DNA of 64,000 nucleotides, from contig CP075496.1 of assembly GCA_021613535.1 (NCBI GenBank), forward strand, positions 6,696,001-6,760,000. Reading direction: 5' to 3'. A program made the translations under genes and the position numbers. This DNA comes from Adineta vaga. Its lineage: Eukaryota > Animalia > Rotifera. Of the stretch, positions 39,413 to 51,273 are shown piece by piece (the stretch's first letter is position 1; each line of letters opens with the position of its first letter). The notes beneath the pieces are model-generated. The model saw nothing but the letters and a program-made list of their open reading frames with translations, searched no databases and was not told the DNA's origin.

Positions 39413-40578
39413 TTATTGATGTTTTTTATAACCATTTTTATTTGAGATGCTTTGTTGAGATTTTGTCGATGTCAATGACGGTTCGTTCTTATAAGATTGT
39501 ATATAAAAGTTTGTGAAGAAGAGTAAAAACATCACAGCATATGCAAATATCCAATAGGCAAACAGAATTGGATAATTACATTTTATAAAGAATAATTGTG
39601 AAGTATGGATCATTACAAGCATGAATTGAATCTAAAGAAAGAAAAATAATCATCATTCATTTCAATTGTTTGAATTAAAATACTAACCATTTGCATCCAT
39701 GTCATTGATTTCTTCCAAAATAAATATTTTTTATACGCTGGACCAAGTGCAGCGAGTCCATAATATAAATACATAAGAAAATGTATAAATGAATTAATAC
39801 AAGCATGAAATGTTCCAAAACCACCAGCAACAAAACGTATACCAAACCACCAACTTATTGGCATAATACCATGATGTATAACATGTAAAACACTGACCTG
39901 ACGGAAATTTCTTTTCATTATGAAAAAAACTGTATCCAATAATTCGATAAATTTTGAGAGGAAGAATAAGTGACAAACATGAACCATCTAGAGGATATTT
40001 TATTTCGTTCGAAATATTATTTTCAATGAAAGATTGTATTTTACTCGCATAGCCTGTGGTGACCAAGAATAATCAACAGGTTGACAACCCAAAGAATAAC
40101 CATTGAGCCAACCAGCAGCAAGAAACTAAAAGATAGAAGAGTTGCTCAAAGAAAAATCTTTCATTCGACAAATTTTACTTCATAGAAAAGATAACCTGAT
40201 AGAACGACCATAGCAAAATTGTAAACAACTAAGAGTTGACGAATCTGAAATGGTGGACGTTTGTCCATAAGTGTTGGTCCGAACCAAACAAATATAAAAT
40301 ATCCCAAACAAATGATTGTAGCTGGAAGTGGAGAATGCATCATAAATAAATCAGATGTACGTGGATCTATGAAATAATGAAAACAAAATATCAGTTAAGA
40401 TTTTCATTTGAATACAAAAGGAATCTATGGAATTGAAATGGATTTATGTTATGACAAATTTCAATGGAATAACTAGTAGTTACTAAAAAAAATTAAATAA
40501 AAAGCGATGAATCAACATACCGCTATAATTTTGTTTCATTTCATTCCATAAGCCATTATAGTAACTCAACATTTCCAT
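39413..40578 (-). CDS. Very-long-chain fatty acid elongase, ELOVL1/7-like
   Basis: Five exons. DPRT..MHSPLP, KFIELLDT, HVIHH histidine box, NSFIHFLMYLYY, TWMQMIQF and C-terminal dilysine KKHQ. Confidence 0.92.
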
Positions 40579-40759
40579 TCTAAATAGTCTGACTAATAGA
40601 TCTGAAAAAGTAATAATAATATAAGAATTTCTAATAAAACAAAGATCACAGTTTATTGAGAGTTAAAAAACAGAGCAGATGTCGATGAGAAGTACATCGA
40701 TACGTTATTTTTTATTTTACATCAAAGATAGTATAGAAAAGAATTTGTAAATGAGATTT

Positions 40760-41470
40760 AATTTCTTTCGTCTTTTCATTAATTGTGCACTCGATGCTTC
40801 TGTAATTGGTATTTCAGGAATGGATTTTGCATTTACATTAGACTTACTGATCCTTATTGAAGCATAAACTTATTGACATCTGGATAAGGACAAATTTGAG
40901 AAGAAAATATTGATTCAGTTGATGACTGTAAATATGAACTGATTGGAAAGAAAGATCAACGATTGTCAATTGAGATATTTATTAAATTTGATGATCAAAA
41001 TCTATTCACATTCGATTGTAATTGTTCTTCTCGTGTTGGTTCATGTATTTTACATATCTTCCCTTTTTTAATCCTTTCGCTAAATCAATTGGTGTTTCAT
41101 TAAGAGCAGTTGCCACATAAGTCTAAAATTGAAAACATCGAAAGAAATCCTACAGGATATCTTTATTATCATTTTGTACTAGATAATGTACGAATATCAA
41201 TGTAATCTTCAGAATATCATACTAGAACACGTTTCGAAAAAGTAAATATCGATGAAGTACGACCATGTAGAATAGTAAATAAATCTTCAGTATGAAGGAA
41301 GAACCATTAAAATAAAATTTTTATTGCAATATTTTTAGTAGATTCTATCTTCAGCAGTATGTTGATCGTAAATAAATAATAGTACTGATAAATAATTTCG
41401 ATACGGTATATTAGTCGTCATGCGTTTGAACATTTGAGATGCAATGGTACAATTGTAGAAGTCGATATTT
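40760..41470 (-). pseudogene. Decayed coding remnant, possibly a CNH-domain-like C-terminus
   Basis: Protein-like stretches broken by stops: SSIFTFSKRVLV*YSEDYIDIRTL, then after a tttag acceptor TYVATALNETPIDLAKGLKKGKICKIHEPTREEQLQSNVNRF*. Family guess is weak. Confidence 0.35.
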
Positions 41471-41888
41471 AATTTATTCATTTACATCTTACTTCGTGAA
41501 TTGTTCTTGTATAATTATTCGTCCAGATAGTATTGATCGATGGTTTTCGCTTTGACATGAAGGGCGAAACAATATATTTGATAATTTCAGAAATATATTC
41601 CATAGATTATGAGTGGCCGATCTATTCCAAATTTCGTATAAATAAATATGTATTCGGTTTTTATTATTCTCAAACTTTAAGAAAAATAGTTTTTTCTCGT
41701 GTTAAAATATGTTTAGTCGGTAGGTAATTCTACATAGTGTTTTTTCATGCTATCGCGATAACAAATGTTTAAAGTTTATACGAAAATAATATAAAAATAT
41801 TATCTGAAATAAAAAAATATAATTGGTAATAAACTATAGACGAATTAGTGCGATAATTGTTCATGAAAAAAGCAAAGCAATATCATAG

Positions 41889-42875
41889 TTATTTTTTGTT
41901 TTTTTCAGCCATATCATTTAATAAATGTTTTAATACCGTATTGGGTACTAATTCTATACTGGTCAACTCAATATTAGTCATCGGCGATCGTCGATGACCT
42001 AAATCCAACCATTGTTGTATAGCTGATCTTTCGTATGTATATCCATCCGTGAAAACAACTGGATCTTGAAAGATTTCTTTCGTTAATGGACATGTAAGAC
42101 AAGCTAACATATTATCTCCACCAGCCGTAATAATTTGTTTCTCTAATTCATCATTATTTTGAACTGAAGTTGCAACTGGTTTTGGTGATTTTTTTCCTGC
42201 TGGTTTTCCTTGTTGATGTTGTTCACGAATAGCACGCATTTCAGGCGATAATGATTCAAGATATTGAGCAAAATCTCGATGATTATTTTCGAATGCTACT
42301 TCTGATGCTGTTTTATTATCGTTTGTCAATAATTTCAAATCAAAACGACAAACTTGTCGAAGTTGATCAAACGCATGTCGATTATTGGCATAAGCTAAAT
42401 GATGAATTAGATAATATTTTCGATAGGGTGGCTTTTGGTTAGCGAGATGTTCATCGGTTTGTAGCATTTTTTTACATTCATCTGTTTGATTATTTTTACC
42501 ATATTCAACAAATTTGTCCATTTGAACGAGACGATCGATGGTTTTGAAAAGTTTTTTATGATCATTTGATTTTGATCGATGTTCATTTGCTATTTCAAGA
42601 ATATCTTTTCCAGGTTTCGTATTCGATTTTGTTAAAAGAATAAAACGTATGTTTGGAATAGCTATTACTTTATTAAATAGATCATGTGCACCATGTATAA
42701 CAAGATAATGAAGGATAGAATAATTGTCTTGATTTGGAATTATTGTGAGATAGTCGGCTTTGGCCAATAGTGTTCGATAAACTAAATCAAAATGCGCTTG
42801 TTCATTACGTTTAACTACATCAAAGATGTCTTCAAATGATGAAGGTCCTGAATTACTACTAGCAGATGCAGTCAT
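41889..42875 (-). CDS. Ankyrin-like repeat + C-terminal U-box E3 ubiquitin ligase (intronless CDS, 328 aa)
   Basis: U-box CPLTKEIFQDPVVFTDGYTYERSAIQQWL..SPMTNIEL...LVPN. Ankyrin-like segments SILHYLVIHG, YLIHHLAYAN and NKTASEVA..NNHRDFAQYL. Confidence 0.88.
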   Translation of the reverse strand: MTASASSNSGPSSFEDIFDVVKRNEQAHFDLVYRTLLAKADYLTIIPNQDNYSILHYLVIHGAHDLFNKVIAIPNIRFILLTKSNTKPGKDILEIANEHRSKSNDHKKLFKTIDRLVQMDKFVEYGKNNQTDECKKMLQTDEHLANQKPPYRKYYLIHHLAYANNRHAFDQLRQVCRFDLKLLTNDNKTASEVAFENNHRDFAQYLESLSPEMRAIREQHQQGKPAGKKSPKPVATSVQNNDELEKQIITAGGDNMLACLTCPLTKEIFQDPVVFTDGYTYERSAIQQWLDLGHRRSPMTNIELTSIELVPNTVLKHLLNDMAEKNKK

Positions 42876-43627
42876 TATCTAGAATGAAAATGAAATCATT
42901 GTTTTGAAATATATGAGTATAGATATGGTTAAATAAAATGTAAATCCTATTCATGACACTTCTTGATTTGATTATTTTGTTGAAAGATGAGATTTTTATT
43001 TGATAATTGTGGGTTTTTCATCAGAAAACAACGATTTGTTTCCAAACTAAATCAACACATCGGTTTTAACAACGAAAAAGAAATTATGATAATTCTAGAG
43101 AAAAGTTTCTTGCATGTATTTAGAACGATAACATGGCGATTATTTATAAATAAACCTGTAGTTTTCTGAATTCTTACATATAATTGAATATTCAATCGAT
43201 TTCTGTAAACAAAATATCTGTTCCAGATGATTAACATTATATGTGGAAAATAATTTAATACAACATCGATCATTTTTAAACGTCACAAATGCGAGTTAAC
43301 CATTGGAACTGCAGGAATGTCTTCAATATTTCTTGTATAGTTTATTTTCATTGTGTAATAGTTCTTCATCACTTTCATCATTAGTTTGAGCTTGTCCAGA
43401 ATATTCTTATATATCTAAAATCGAAGCCAAATTCATTAAATATACAAGATTTAATTTTTATGAATCGATGTAAAGAAAGTAAATATGTTGATAAAATATC
43501 CTTTTTTTTAATTAATCAAATGAGTGTACTATCATTATTATTTGATTTCATGAATATTAATATAAATGGACAAAGTTCAAAAAAGGAAAATAATTGATAT
43601 GAATAATCATAGCACTATAAATAAGTC

Positions 43628-45306
43628 TTATTTTGTGTCCGCGTCGTTTGTGGAAGGAGTAGTTCCTTGAAGTAATTGTAAAATTGATTTAATAGCATAG
43701 TTTGGTTTTAATTCAAGATTTTCTAATTCTTGATTAGTCATTGGACTACGATTGGAGTGTTCAAACCAGTTTAAAATAGCTTCACGCTCATATGTAAAAC
43801 CATCGGCGGCCACAACTATAGAATAAATAAAAAAATTGAAATCAATCTTTCCTTATATCTTTTCAATCATTTTATCAATAAATGACCCGTTTGCTGTATC
43901 TATCAATGTATACCTACAATACACTACTTCATATAGAGGAAGTCGTGTATTTCAATATTGATTCTTTCAAATCGCACTATTAATTATGTAAATGCCTAGA
44001 AATTTAGCTTTTATTTTCACTCCAGCTTAGTTATAATTCAATCTGTATGCACAGTAATATTTTCTAAATATTAATTACCTGGATCATGAAGAATGGCTTT
44101 TGTAATACAACAAGTAATTGAATTAAGTAGATTTTCTTGTGACATTTTTTGAACATTACTGATAACTGTTTTCTCATAAGCTGCTTGTTCGGCATCAGTC
44201 ATCTGTGATGCTGTTGGTTTTGGTTGTACTGATTTTGTATCATCAGTTCCTGTTTCTTCTTGTGAGGCATTCGTATGTAGATTTTCTGTAGATGCTGTTG
44301 TATGATGATTACTACACGTGGAATGATGATTGCCCGGATAGGATAGTTCATCATTAGACGATAGAAACAAAGTAGTTACATTATTTTGAGAAATGAAAGA
44401 TATTCCAGGGTCATCATAGAAACCTGGACTATAAGGTGTTGAACCTGCTATATGTGTTGGTAATGTATCAGTTGTATTATTATCAGTCGTTTCATTTGAA
44501 TTCGTTGCAAGACTTTCGATATATTCAGCAAAACCGATTTGATTATTTTCACGGGCAACTTGACTGATCGTCTTAGCATCAGCAAGTAGATCTAGTTTAA
44601 AATGACATAAGGTACTTAAATCTTTGAATATATCAAGTTCTCCAACGCATGCTAAATGATGTGCTAAATAGTAACGACGATACGGTGGTTTCTCGTTGAC
44701 AATATCCGGTTGCATTGATATACATTGTTTGACTAATTCCCATTTACGTTCTTTGGCATTATTCAATAATTGATCAACAGCTACTAATCGTTCAATACGA
44801 CGCATCATCTGAGGATGTATATGTGCACGTTCTGCAGCTACTTCACGAACAGTTTTACCATCTAAAGTTTTACATAACAAACGAAATTCAGGACTGGATG
44901 CTTGTAGTGCAAGGACTTCATTCAAATGCATAACATTGCCTGAAAAGACGATTTGATGTAGCATTGTCCATCGACGACCTAGAAGTTAAATTTATCATGA
45001 TTTTTTAGATTTCCTTTTTCGCAACTTCTATATATAGATATATAAACCTTCAGGAATTTTTGATAACCATTCCGGATGAATCATTAAAGAGCTCAATACT
45101 TTATTCCAATTGTTATTTAATTTTGCACAATCATATGCTTCCATAAAAGCTGCAGCAGGATCAAATGTTTGAGAAGGTGGCGGTCGTACGAAAGGCTGTG
45201 GTTGTGGTGGAGATATGGCAGCTGCTAGTGTTGCAACGGGAGTTTCAGTAGCATCTGGTAGATTAGTTACCGTCGTTAAAGATGGTTCAGACTTATCTGA
45301 AGACAT
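43628..45306 (-). CDS. Ankyrin-like repeat + C-terminal U-box E3 ubiquitin ligase, paralogue of 41889-42875 (3 exons)
   Basis: Exons 45048-45306, 44079-44978, 43628-43815 join in phase 1. NEKPPYRRYYLAHHLA; U-box CCITKAILHDPVVAADGFTYEREAILNWF..SPMTNQEL...LKPNYAIK. Confidence 0.88.
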
Positions 45307-46929
45307 TAATCTTCTAAAACGAAAATTAAGAATCGATTTAAAAAAAAATTCTATCTTCATTTCGCAGAACACGCACGCAATATTTTGATATACTCTGTGA
45401 AAAAACATTATGTTTGAAAAGCACACGATTGCAATGTATTTCTTCTTTTTTTCCGTTTTAGGTTGATGTATGTCGTTCTTTTTTAATAAAATGCAGTAAA
45501 AAGAAAGGGAAAAAAAGCAAGAGGAAAGGTAGTCATACAAGGTATCGATAATACGTGTAACCAAAACAACCAATTACTCACGTCGCTTAGTATTTCTTTT
45601 CAGTGAGAAAAAATTATTTTTGTTCTCATTATTTACCAGAAGACGAAGTTTTTCAAAGAGTCTATTAACCTTTATAGAATTCGGCGAAAAAATCTAATCT
45701 AAACACGTTTTAAAGCATTATTTTCTATACGTTCGTTTTTGTTTTGTGCAACATTTTCTAACTTAACTGACTGACTATGTCAAAATGAAAGTGTGTGTGT
45801 TTTATGTTTTACATTTTATCATTATGTATACATAACTGCAAATATTATGAGAAGAGCTGGTAAAGAATAGGAGAAACAAAAAGTTTTTTTTGATAGAAGA
45901 GATGTATGTGCCGATGAAATTGAACCTTTGTTCATTTCTTCTTCTCAAGAATAGCATCTTGTAAAGACAGAAACACGCAGTTATACATGTGCAACCAAAA
46001 GAAAGAGAACGAAGGGAACAAATATATGAGAAAGAGAGATAGATGACAGAAAGAGAAAAATCAAGAAAAATGGATAGAGCGGTATCGTCACAGATATCGT
46101 TGCACTTATTGTTAGTTTTTCTTTTTATTGCGTAAAGAACTTTCGAAAATAACGTATTAAAGTGAATTTGATCGAATTGATAGGCGATATTATTCTCAAT
46201 CGAGGTAAAAAGGAAGTGATTAATTTTAGCGTATGTTGGACGACTCATCGCTGTAAAAAATTATTCTCATAGAAAAGAAATACAAGTGATGTTATAACAG
46301 AGTTGTAATTTAGTTAAATCCTATCAGAGAATACTTTTCTAGGTGAATAAAAACACAAATCTATCACTGGAGCAAAGTTAAATCAACAATAGATTTGATT
46401 CAATAGCACAATCTCGGAATTTGCCGTCATGTAAATGCTGATGTTAAAAAGACATATACTCACGAAAAATCAAATAGAATGGTATGCTAGAATTTGACAC
46501 TATAGAAATTGCTATTCATAGAAAAACAAAAGAAAAACAAAATCCGAGATAAAATAACGAGGAAATTCTTTGATTAAAAGTAAGAAAATAGAGTTTAAAA
46601 AAGACAAAGAAACTATATGGAGATGACATTTTAAACTACTTCTAAGTCAACATTTATTTCACGACACGTATGACTAGAGTTTATACGGAATTAAACAAAA
46701 AGTTAAGATCTAACCGTACCATTAACTTCTTCTAATAAATTTCTGCGAAAAAAATATATATTTATCTAACAATAAAAAGCGTTTATTCATCTAATTCGAA
46801 GAAAAACATGAACAAAAACTTTTCAATCGAACTTGTTTATCTTCGTTAATCAATGAAAAAAAAAGAAGATCTAATAGATGAATGTGAACAATTTACATAA
46901 TGATAAAAGAAAAACAAAAACAAAAGTGT

Positions 46930-49715
46930 TCACATTCCATTATAAGCTGGTCCTTCTCCACCTTGTGGTGTTACCCAATTAATATTTTGTTTCGGATCTT
47001 TAATATCACATGTTTTACAATGAATACAATTTTGTGCGTTTATTTGTAAATTACGTTCACCGGCTTCATTTTCAACATATTCATAAACACCTTCAACAAA
47101 CTCAATAATTATAAGCAACAAAAGATACAAGTATCATTTACCTGCTGGACAATAACGTTGTTCCGGTCCATCATAAACGGGTAAATTAATTTTTGTTGGA
47201 ATACTATCATCTTTAAGTGTTAAATGTGCTGGTTCATCATGATCATGATTTGTATTTGTTAAGGCAACACTTGATAATAAATCAAATGTCACAACATTAT
47301 CGGGCTTAGGATATTCAATTGGTTTACAATCTTTCGCTTCTTTCAAACAAGCATGATCAGGTTCTAAGATAAAATAAATGAAAATATCATTATTTAGAAA
47401 CGATAAAAGCGTAAATACTGACTTCCATGTGGAAGTGTAAATGGTTCAATACCACGGAATACAAAATGAAGTGCTGAATAAAGTATTCCACCAAAGACAC
47501 CTAATGATGTATGAAATGCTGGACGAAAATTTCGTACTGCATATAATTCTTTCCATATCCAACTATTTTTAATACGATTATCATAATCACTCGGTTCTAG
47601 AGCTTTGAAAACGAAAGCAAATTACAAACTTTGATTGTTTATTGGAAACAACTTCATTTTTCATACCTTTAGATTGCTTTTCATCGGTTGTTTTTTTCAA
47701 TAGATCAAAAACAGTTTCAGCGGCAATCATACCAGATTTCATTGCTGTATGAGTACCTTTAATTTTTGGAACATTTAAAAATCCTGGACTACATCCAACT
47801 AAACAACCACCGGGAAAGGAAAGTTTCGGAATTGCCTTAAAATATAAAAGAAATTTAAACGAATTTCTTTTTAAAAGCTTCTTCTATACCTGAAGACCAC
47901 CTTCATTTAATGCACGAGCTCCATAAGCGATACGTTTACCATTTTCAAAAATTGGTCGAATTTTCGGATGAGTTTTAAAACGTTGAAACTCTTTATAAGG
48001 ATTCATATATGGGTTTTGATAATCAAGTGCTACCTAAATCGATTTCAATCGCTGCAGACATATCAAATTTAATTAAAATACATACAACATAACCAACTAA
48101 AACCAATGGTTGATCATTGTCTAAGACATGATACATAAATGAACCACCATATGTATGTATATCCTAGAAGAGAAATTCATATAATAACCAGCGCGTTTTA
48201 TTCGTATCAATAATCTCTAACTCAAGATTCTCTTGCATGTCTAATACCATGAATAATACTCTCAAATTTTGACAATAAAAGGATGTTATATTCTCCGTAG
48301 TTCTGATTTAACATTGAAATGCAAAATCAAACGATATGCAATGACTGATTATGCTTTCTCATCAATAAGATTTGAAAACTCAACGTTTTCTTACCAGTGG
48401 CCAACCAGCTGTGTGTATAATTAGACCTGGTTCATGTTTACTTTTGTCAACTTCCCACATTTCTTTGAGACCAATTCCATAAGTTTGTGGTGAACAATCT
48501 TTTCTCAAATCAAACTTTTTGAAAAGTTGCTTTGCCAAATGTCCATGACACCCTTCGGCAAAGATGGTACATTTTGCATGTAATTCCATACCACGTGCAA
48601 ATGAATCCTTTATAAACACCCTCAACATATTAAAATACAATACAAAGTTTGTAGATAATCTTACTTTAGGTGAACCATCTTTTGCAATACCAACATCATT
48701 AGTTGCAACACCTTTGACACTACCATCATCATTATATAAAATCTACATGAGCTAATCAATAGAAATGATTTTATCATCGTAAACAATAACGAACTTCACT
48801 AGCTGCTGTTGCTGGATACATTTCAACACCAGCTGCTTCAGCTTGTTCACCAAGCCAAGCAGTTAATTTACCCAAACGAACAAGATAATTACCATGATTA
48901 TACATTGGAAGACCTAGAGAAAAGTTTCTTTGTTATGAACCGACGTAGTTCATAGCTAAAATGTTTTACCTTTTATCACTGGTATAGGAATTGCTGATGT
49001 TTTTGTCAAATAATAAAATCGATCTTTAGTGACTGGATTAGTCAATGGAGCACCTTTTTCTTTCCAATCAGGTATGAGTTCATCAAGTGCCCGTGTTTCA
49101 ATACAAGCACCAGATAATATATGAGCACCTTCAACAATCAATCATTAGTTCTTAATAAATATTTCACATTCTATTCCTTACCAATAGTTGAACCCTTTTC
49201 GATTACACATACTCGAATTTCTTTATTCTGTTGTTGAGCTAATTGTCGCAATTTAATCGCAGCTGAAAGACCAGGTACACTGGAGTTAAGGAATATAAAT
49301 ATTAATTAAAAAGAAAAAGAAAAAGAAGTCTATAAATGAAATCTTTCAAGAAAAAAAGGATATATGGTCCACCACCAACAATAGCTACATCGTATTCTTC
49401 AGCATAACGTTCCATGTTGACATCTAAAAGAGCGAAAATTCGTTTTAAGATAAACATCATGGCTTATTTCATTGAAAAAAAAACACACTACCTTTCCATC
49501 GTTCGTCTTTATCTCTTGGATAGATAGTATAATGTGTGGTTATTTTACGTGGTGCTGCTGCTGCTGTCGCTGTCTTTGTTGAATTCCAACGGGATGATGC
49601 AAACGATGGAGTGGCTGAAATATCAACGTAATTATAAAAACAATAGTGTAGTACGTTAATACATACTTCGTTTAATAATCGACGAAGAAAGACACAGTCG
49701 AAGTGTGGATGACAT
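46930..49715 (-). CDS. ETFDH: Electron transfer flavoprotein-ubiquinone oxidoreductase, mitochondrial
   Basis: [67 protein letters not shown] and 4Fe-4S motif [13 protein letters not shown], ending GPAYNGM. Confidence 0.96.
49275..49363 (-). other. ETFDH: U12-type (minor spliceosome) AT-AC intron in ETFDH, 89 nt
   Basis: 5' site |ATATCCTTT, branch site TTCCTTAAC (49293-49285), 3' end TAC|. Removal gives GGGP-S-GLSAA in frame. Confidence 0.92.
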
Positions 49716-49925
49716 TTGTACAAAAAGTAAATATTATCTATCAATAAGATTTTAAAAAAAGAAGTAACAAAATATATTAGATTTCTTTATCTTTTTCATT
49801 ACTCCTTCTCTCTGAACATATAACAAAGTCAATATAAAAAATACAGAAAAGAACCAAAACAAAAGATAAAGAAGGTTAGTTACAAATTGAAAGAAAGAAA
49901 GAAAGGATTCAGTTCATTTTTTGTT

Positions 49926-50627
49926 TCATCGATGATCTGGCGATGTTCTTGGCATAAGTTTTCTCTGCTGGTGATAATTTTCTTTGCCTGCTTTTAATCT
50001 TCGTCGGCGACGTTTTGGTTTTTGAGTCGGAGTATTATTATTATTATTCGTATTCATTGATTGTTGATTATACATTGACTGAAGAAAATCTTGTGTAACA
50101 ACAATACATTTTGTATATGACGATATTCGAGTTGGTGTATCAGGTGTAGATTGAATGATATGTTGAGATGGTAACGGACTATGTTGGACAGCAAATAACT
50201 GTTCTATGGAATTCATATCATTATTTTCATTTGGAATTGATGGTGTATCTGACAAATCCGGTTGATAGTCCATAGGAGGAGTTTGACTAATCAAATCATT
50301 TAAAAATTCATCAAGAAATAAATCACTCGAAGTTTTTGCTGATAAAAATGTCATTTGATTTTCATTATCTTCATTTGATATTTGTGAAACAAGTTGTTTG
50401 GATAAATTAAAAAATGTTTGAAAATCATTTGCTTCATCATCATTCAATTCATGATTGAAATTTTCTTGTTGCATAGTTTCATAATTGGTATAAAGTCGTG
50501 AGCGAAGTTCATGTAAATGTTTACTTTCATGAAGAAAATTGAGAAATGTTTTAGACATACGTTCATTTTCAAGATATTCAAGAATTAATAATGCTTCATC
50601 TTTGCCAGACAAATTTTTATCAGACAT
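49926..50627 (-). CDS. Short protein with an N-terminal NPAT-like LisH motif, low-complexity body and basic NLS
   Basis: EALLILEYLENERMSKTFLNFLHESKHL matches the LisH pattern of NPAT N-termini. KPKRRRRRLK and KEN near the C-terminus. Single-exon 233-aa ORF. Confidence 0.6.
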   Translation of the reverse strand: MSDKNLSGKDEALLILEYLENERMSKTFLNFLHESKHLHELRSRLYTNYETMQQENFNHELNDDEANDFQTFFNLSKQLVSQISNEDNENQMTFLSAKTSSDLFLDEFLNDLISQTPPMDYQPDLSDTPSIPNENNDMNSIEQLFAVQHSPLPSQHIIQSTPDTPTRISSYTKCIVVTQDFLQSMYNQQSMNTNNNNNTPTQKPKRRRRRLKAGKENYHQQRKLMPRTSPDHR

Positions 50628-51273
50628 TGTTTAAAAGACAAAATAAAAACTAAACAAAATTTTCTCTTTGTACACCGAATGAAAAGAAACCTAAATAGAA
50701 AATTAAGAAATTAAAGAGTTTCTACTTATTATTTTTTATCTAGTTTATAAAAAATTCGTCAGTGGATATAACTTTTTTTTTTGTTCTTAGACTAAGAACA
50801 AAGTACAACTGTTTAAAACGTAAGCTAATCAAGAAAAGGCATAGATGTCAGTCAAAACAAGAGTCGTAAATAGGAAACGATAGTGAGTATAAAATGTCAG
50901 AAAATAACAGTATTAGATTGATTTATTTAAGTTAATCGGAGAGTATTCAGAATGAAAATGAAGAATCAACAATCAAATAATTGCTTTCTTATTCATATTT
51001 ACCCACCTATAAGACTTTGTTCGATATTGGTTAGTAATTTTTCGTCAGCCAACGAATAGTTCAATCTTATTAATAATAAATAATGCGATTGTTATTTGAA
51101 TGTGACCACCACGTCTACGTACGACATTGATGTCGCTTTCATTTATATTAGAAAATCATGAATGAACTTCTTTTTTGAAAAATTCAAATGTTAAAACATA
51201 CATTGATTTGTTAGATCATTCAATTACATAAGAACAATATTCTGTTAGATAATTTTATTAGAAATACTTTTAA

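Noticed and set aside
43496-43504. Other ATATCCTT matches (also ~5460, ~16092, ~53783, ~62842)
   Set aside because: Not at exon boundaries and no paired branch site or AC; expected by chance in AT-rich DNA.
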